DNA of 39,180 nucleotides from Bacteroidales bacterium (GTDB lineage Bacteria; Bacteroidota; Bacteroidia; Bacteroidales; CAIWKO01): NCBI GenBank assembly GCA_035389045.1, contig DAOORA010000039.1, positions 1 to 39,180 of the forward strand, read 5' to 3'. Shown piece by piece: positions 38,101 to 39,180 of this stretch (position 1 is its first letter; each line of letters starts with the position of its first letter). The notes under the pieces were generated by a model. It saw only the letters and a program-made list of their open reading frames with translations, ran no database searches and was not told where the DNA came from. The position numbers and the translations under genes were made by a program.

Positions 38101-39178
38101 GGTTGGACAGGGTAACAGAGGGTGTCTGTGTATTGACATTGATCCAGGGTGAAATGGGATTGGTCACAGGCCGGTAATGAACCACATAAGCCAATGCTCC
38201 TGTAGCTGCCGTCCATGAGAGCGTTGCTCCTGTCATCGTGATATTGCTGGTTGTTAAGCCTGTCGGAGGATTACAGGGCGTGATACATGGTAATGTGGAG
38301 AACGTCATGATTTGAGAATATATGCTCATCTGATTCGGAGATGTTCCGCAATAGGAAGCGATCCGCCATTCGTAAACTGTACCACAGGTCAGATTTGTCA
38401 AGGTAATTGAAGTGTTTTGTGTTGTAACACTTATCCAGGGCGAAACCGGATTGGTTACCGGTCTGTATTGAACCATATAGGCCAGCGCTCCTGTATCTGC
38501 CGTCCATGAAAGAGTTGCACCTGTAGTGGTGATATTGGTGGTTGTCAGGCCGGTCGGGGGGTTACAGGGAACCACACAAGCCAGTGTCGAGAATGTGATA
38601 CTCGGCGAGTAAGCGCTTAAAGTATTCGAGCTGCAGTGAGAAGCAACCTGCCATTCGTACTGCGTTCCGCAGGTCAGGTTGGATAAGTTAATTGAAGTGT
38701 TTTGTGTTGTAACACTGATCCAGGCTGAAACCGGATTGGTCACTGGCCGGTATTGAACCACATATACATATGCACCTGTGGCCGCCGTCCAAGAGAGTGT
38801 AGCGCCTGTGGTGGTGATATTACTTGTTGTTAACCCAGTCGGAGGGTTACATGGAACCACACAGGCCAGCGTCGAGAATGTGATGCTCTGCGAGTAAGCA
38901 CCTATGCTGCCATAGGTACAGATTGATGCCACCTGCCATTCGTATTGTGTGCCGCAGGTCAGGTTGGACAGGGTAACAGAGGTTGTCTGTGCATTGACGT
39001 TGATCCATGCCGAAACCGGATTGGTTACCGGCCTGTAATGAACTACATAGTACAAAGCAGCGGTGTCTGCCGTCCATGAAAGGGTAGCGCCTGTGGTTGT
39101 GATATTACTTGTTGTTAACCCAGTTGGAGGGTTACATGGAACGATACAGGGCAGCGTTGTAAATGTTATGCTCTGTGA
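35156..39178 (-). CDS. T9SS protein with at least 13 tandem fibronectin type III repeats (5' end lies outside the window)
   Basis: CNPPTGL...ATLSW...Y..QYRP...W......L.NLTCGT.YEW.VAS.C units; the frame stays open from 39055 to the window edge (SQSITFTTLPC...); IYPNP...NGVYFV CTD. Confidence 0.92.
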   Translation of the reverse strand, partial: SQSITFTTLPCIVPCNPPTGLTTSNITTTGATLSWTADTAALYYVVHYRPVTNPVSAWINVNAQTTSVTLSNLTCGTQYEWQVASICTYGSIGAYSQSITFSTLACVVPCNPPTGLTTSNITTTGATLSWTAATGAYVYVVQYRPVTNPVSAWISVTTQNTSINLSNLTCGTQYEWQVASHCSSNTLSAYSPSITFSTLACVVPCNPPTGLTTTNITTTGATLSWTADTGALAYMVQYRPVTNPVSPWISVTTQNTSITLTNLTCGTVYEWRIASYCGTSPNQMSIYSQIMTFSTLPCITPCNPPTGLTTSNITMTGATLSWTAATGALAYVVHYRPVTNPISPWINVNTQTPSVTLSNLTCGTQYEWQVASICTYGSIGAFSQSVTFSTLPCIVPCIPPTGLTTSMITTSSAVLSWTAPTGSLAFVVQYRPVTNPVSPWINLTVQTTSLTLSNLTCGTPYEWHVASYCGNGITSSYSQSVNFSTLSCTNPCVPPTGLTTSNITATGATLSWTAATGALAYRIQYRPVTYPASAWINVTTQATLFALTNLACGTQYEWRVASYCGNSLSQVSIFSPIITFSTLPCTVPCNPPTSLTTSNITMTGATLSWTASAGALAYMIQYRPVTNPVSSWISLTAQNTSITLTNLTCGTAYEWRIASYCGTSPNQMSIYSQIITFSTLPCITPCNPPTGLTTTNITSSGATLSWTAIPGVLAYRVQYRPVTTPVSQWNNVTTQNPTLSLHNLTCGRSYEWRVASYCGNGIISMYSQSIIFSTLPCITPCNPPTNLTTSMITAHSAILSWTAPAGALAYRIQYRPVTTPVSAWTNITAQNTTVTLSNLTCGRQYEWRVASYCGTSPNHMSAFSIIVTFSTLPCISPCSPPTGLTTGNITTTGATVSWTAVPGAIAYMVRYRPVTVPVSAWSHVYSLTTSLVLSNLTCGSQYEWQVASNCGSNAISAYSPVVTFATLACQTLCAPPTGLVTNNITTTGATLTWTPVTGALNYLIRYRPVTNPLSAWIISTTQTTSVTLSNLTCGTHYEWQVATYCDTNSISTYSPGITFSTPACVTPCNPPAGLTTSNISATGATLSWTAVTGAYVYVVQYRPVTNPASTWINIYSSGTSVTLSNLTCGTQYEWQVAAHCGPNISYTYSQSITFTTLPCTVPCNTPTDLTTSNITSTGATLSWTAPAGALAYIVQYRPVTTPVSAWTTVTVQNTSITLTNLTGGTHYEWQVRSVCSTNLGSNNVSLWSAMVYFHTLTPIVIYPNPVADHKFYLDMNNEVETKMSFVITDKFGSVVQKYDKTVLPGKETLDLDVSNLKNGVYFVHIQGKNINELQKIVIMR

Positions 39179-39180
39179 GA

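Noticed and set aside
555..39077. Numerous 60-170 aa ORFs antisense to or nested in long genes
   Set aside because: Shadow frames of well-supported CDSs, with no independent motifs
35156..39178. Diversity-generating retroelement TR/VR among the repeats
   Set aside because: Repeats are in-frame domain duplications with no evident adenine-specific divergence, and there is no reverse transcriptase in the window

Overview
Bacteroidota-type DNA, judged from T6SS subtype iii genes, T9SS C-terminal sorting domains and a TTTG-N20-TAnnTTTG promoter. Bases 1-23 kb form one minus-strand locus: tssB, tssC, hcp, a second hcp, vgrG, a DUF4280(PAAR-like)-metallopeptidase effector, a lipoprotein immunity candidate and a T9SS Ig protein. 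An ~11 kb block follows that encodes an apparently complete eukaryote-like ubiquitination cascade: a Ubl ending AGG-LK, two E2s with HPN..C, two exported proteins, a membrane-anchored JAMM protease, a lipoprotein vWA-TM-RING-H2-6TM-FHA protein, a frameshifted coiled-coil/beta-barrel gene and an E1 with a putative UFD. The locus ends with tssG, tssK, tssE and a truncated tssF. The standout is this ubiquitin-like system with membrane-bound E3-like and DUB-like components sitting inside a T6SS locus. The right half holds a TPR gene, two large T9SS proteins with cohesin/dockerin-like modules, a duplicated 77-nt structured intergenic element and a partial FN3-repeat T9SS protein. All calls come from motif reading by eye; no database searches were run.
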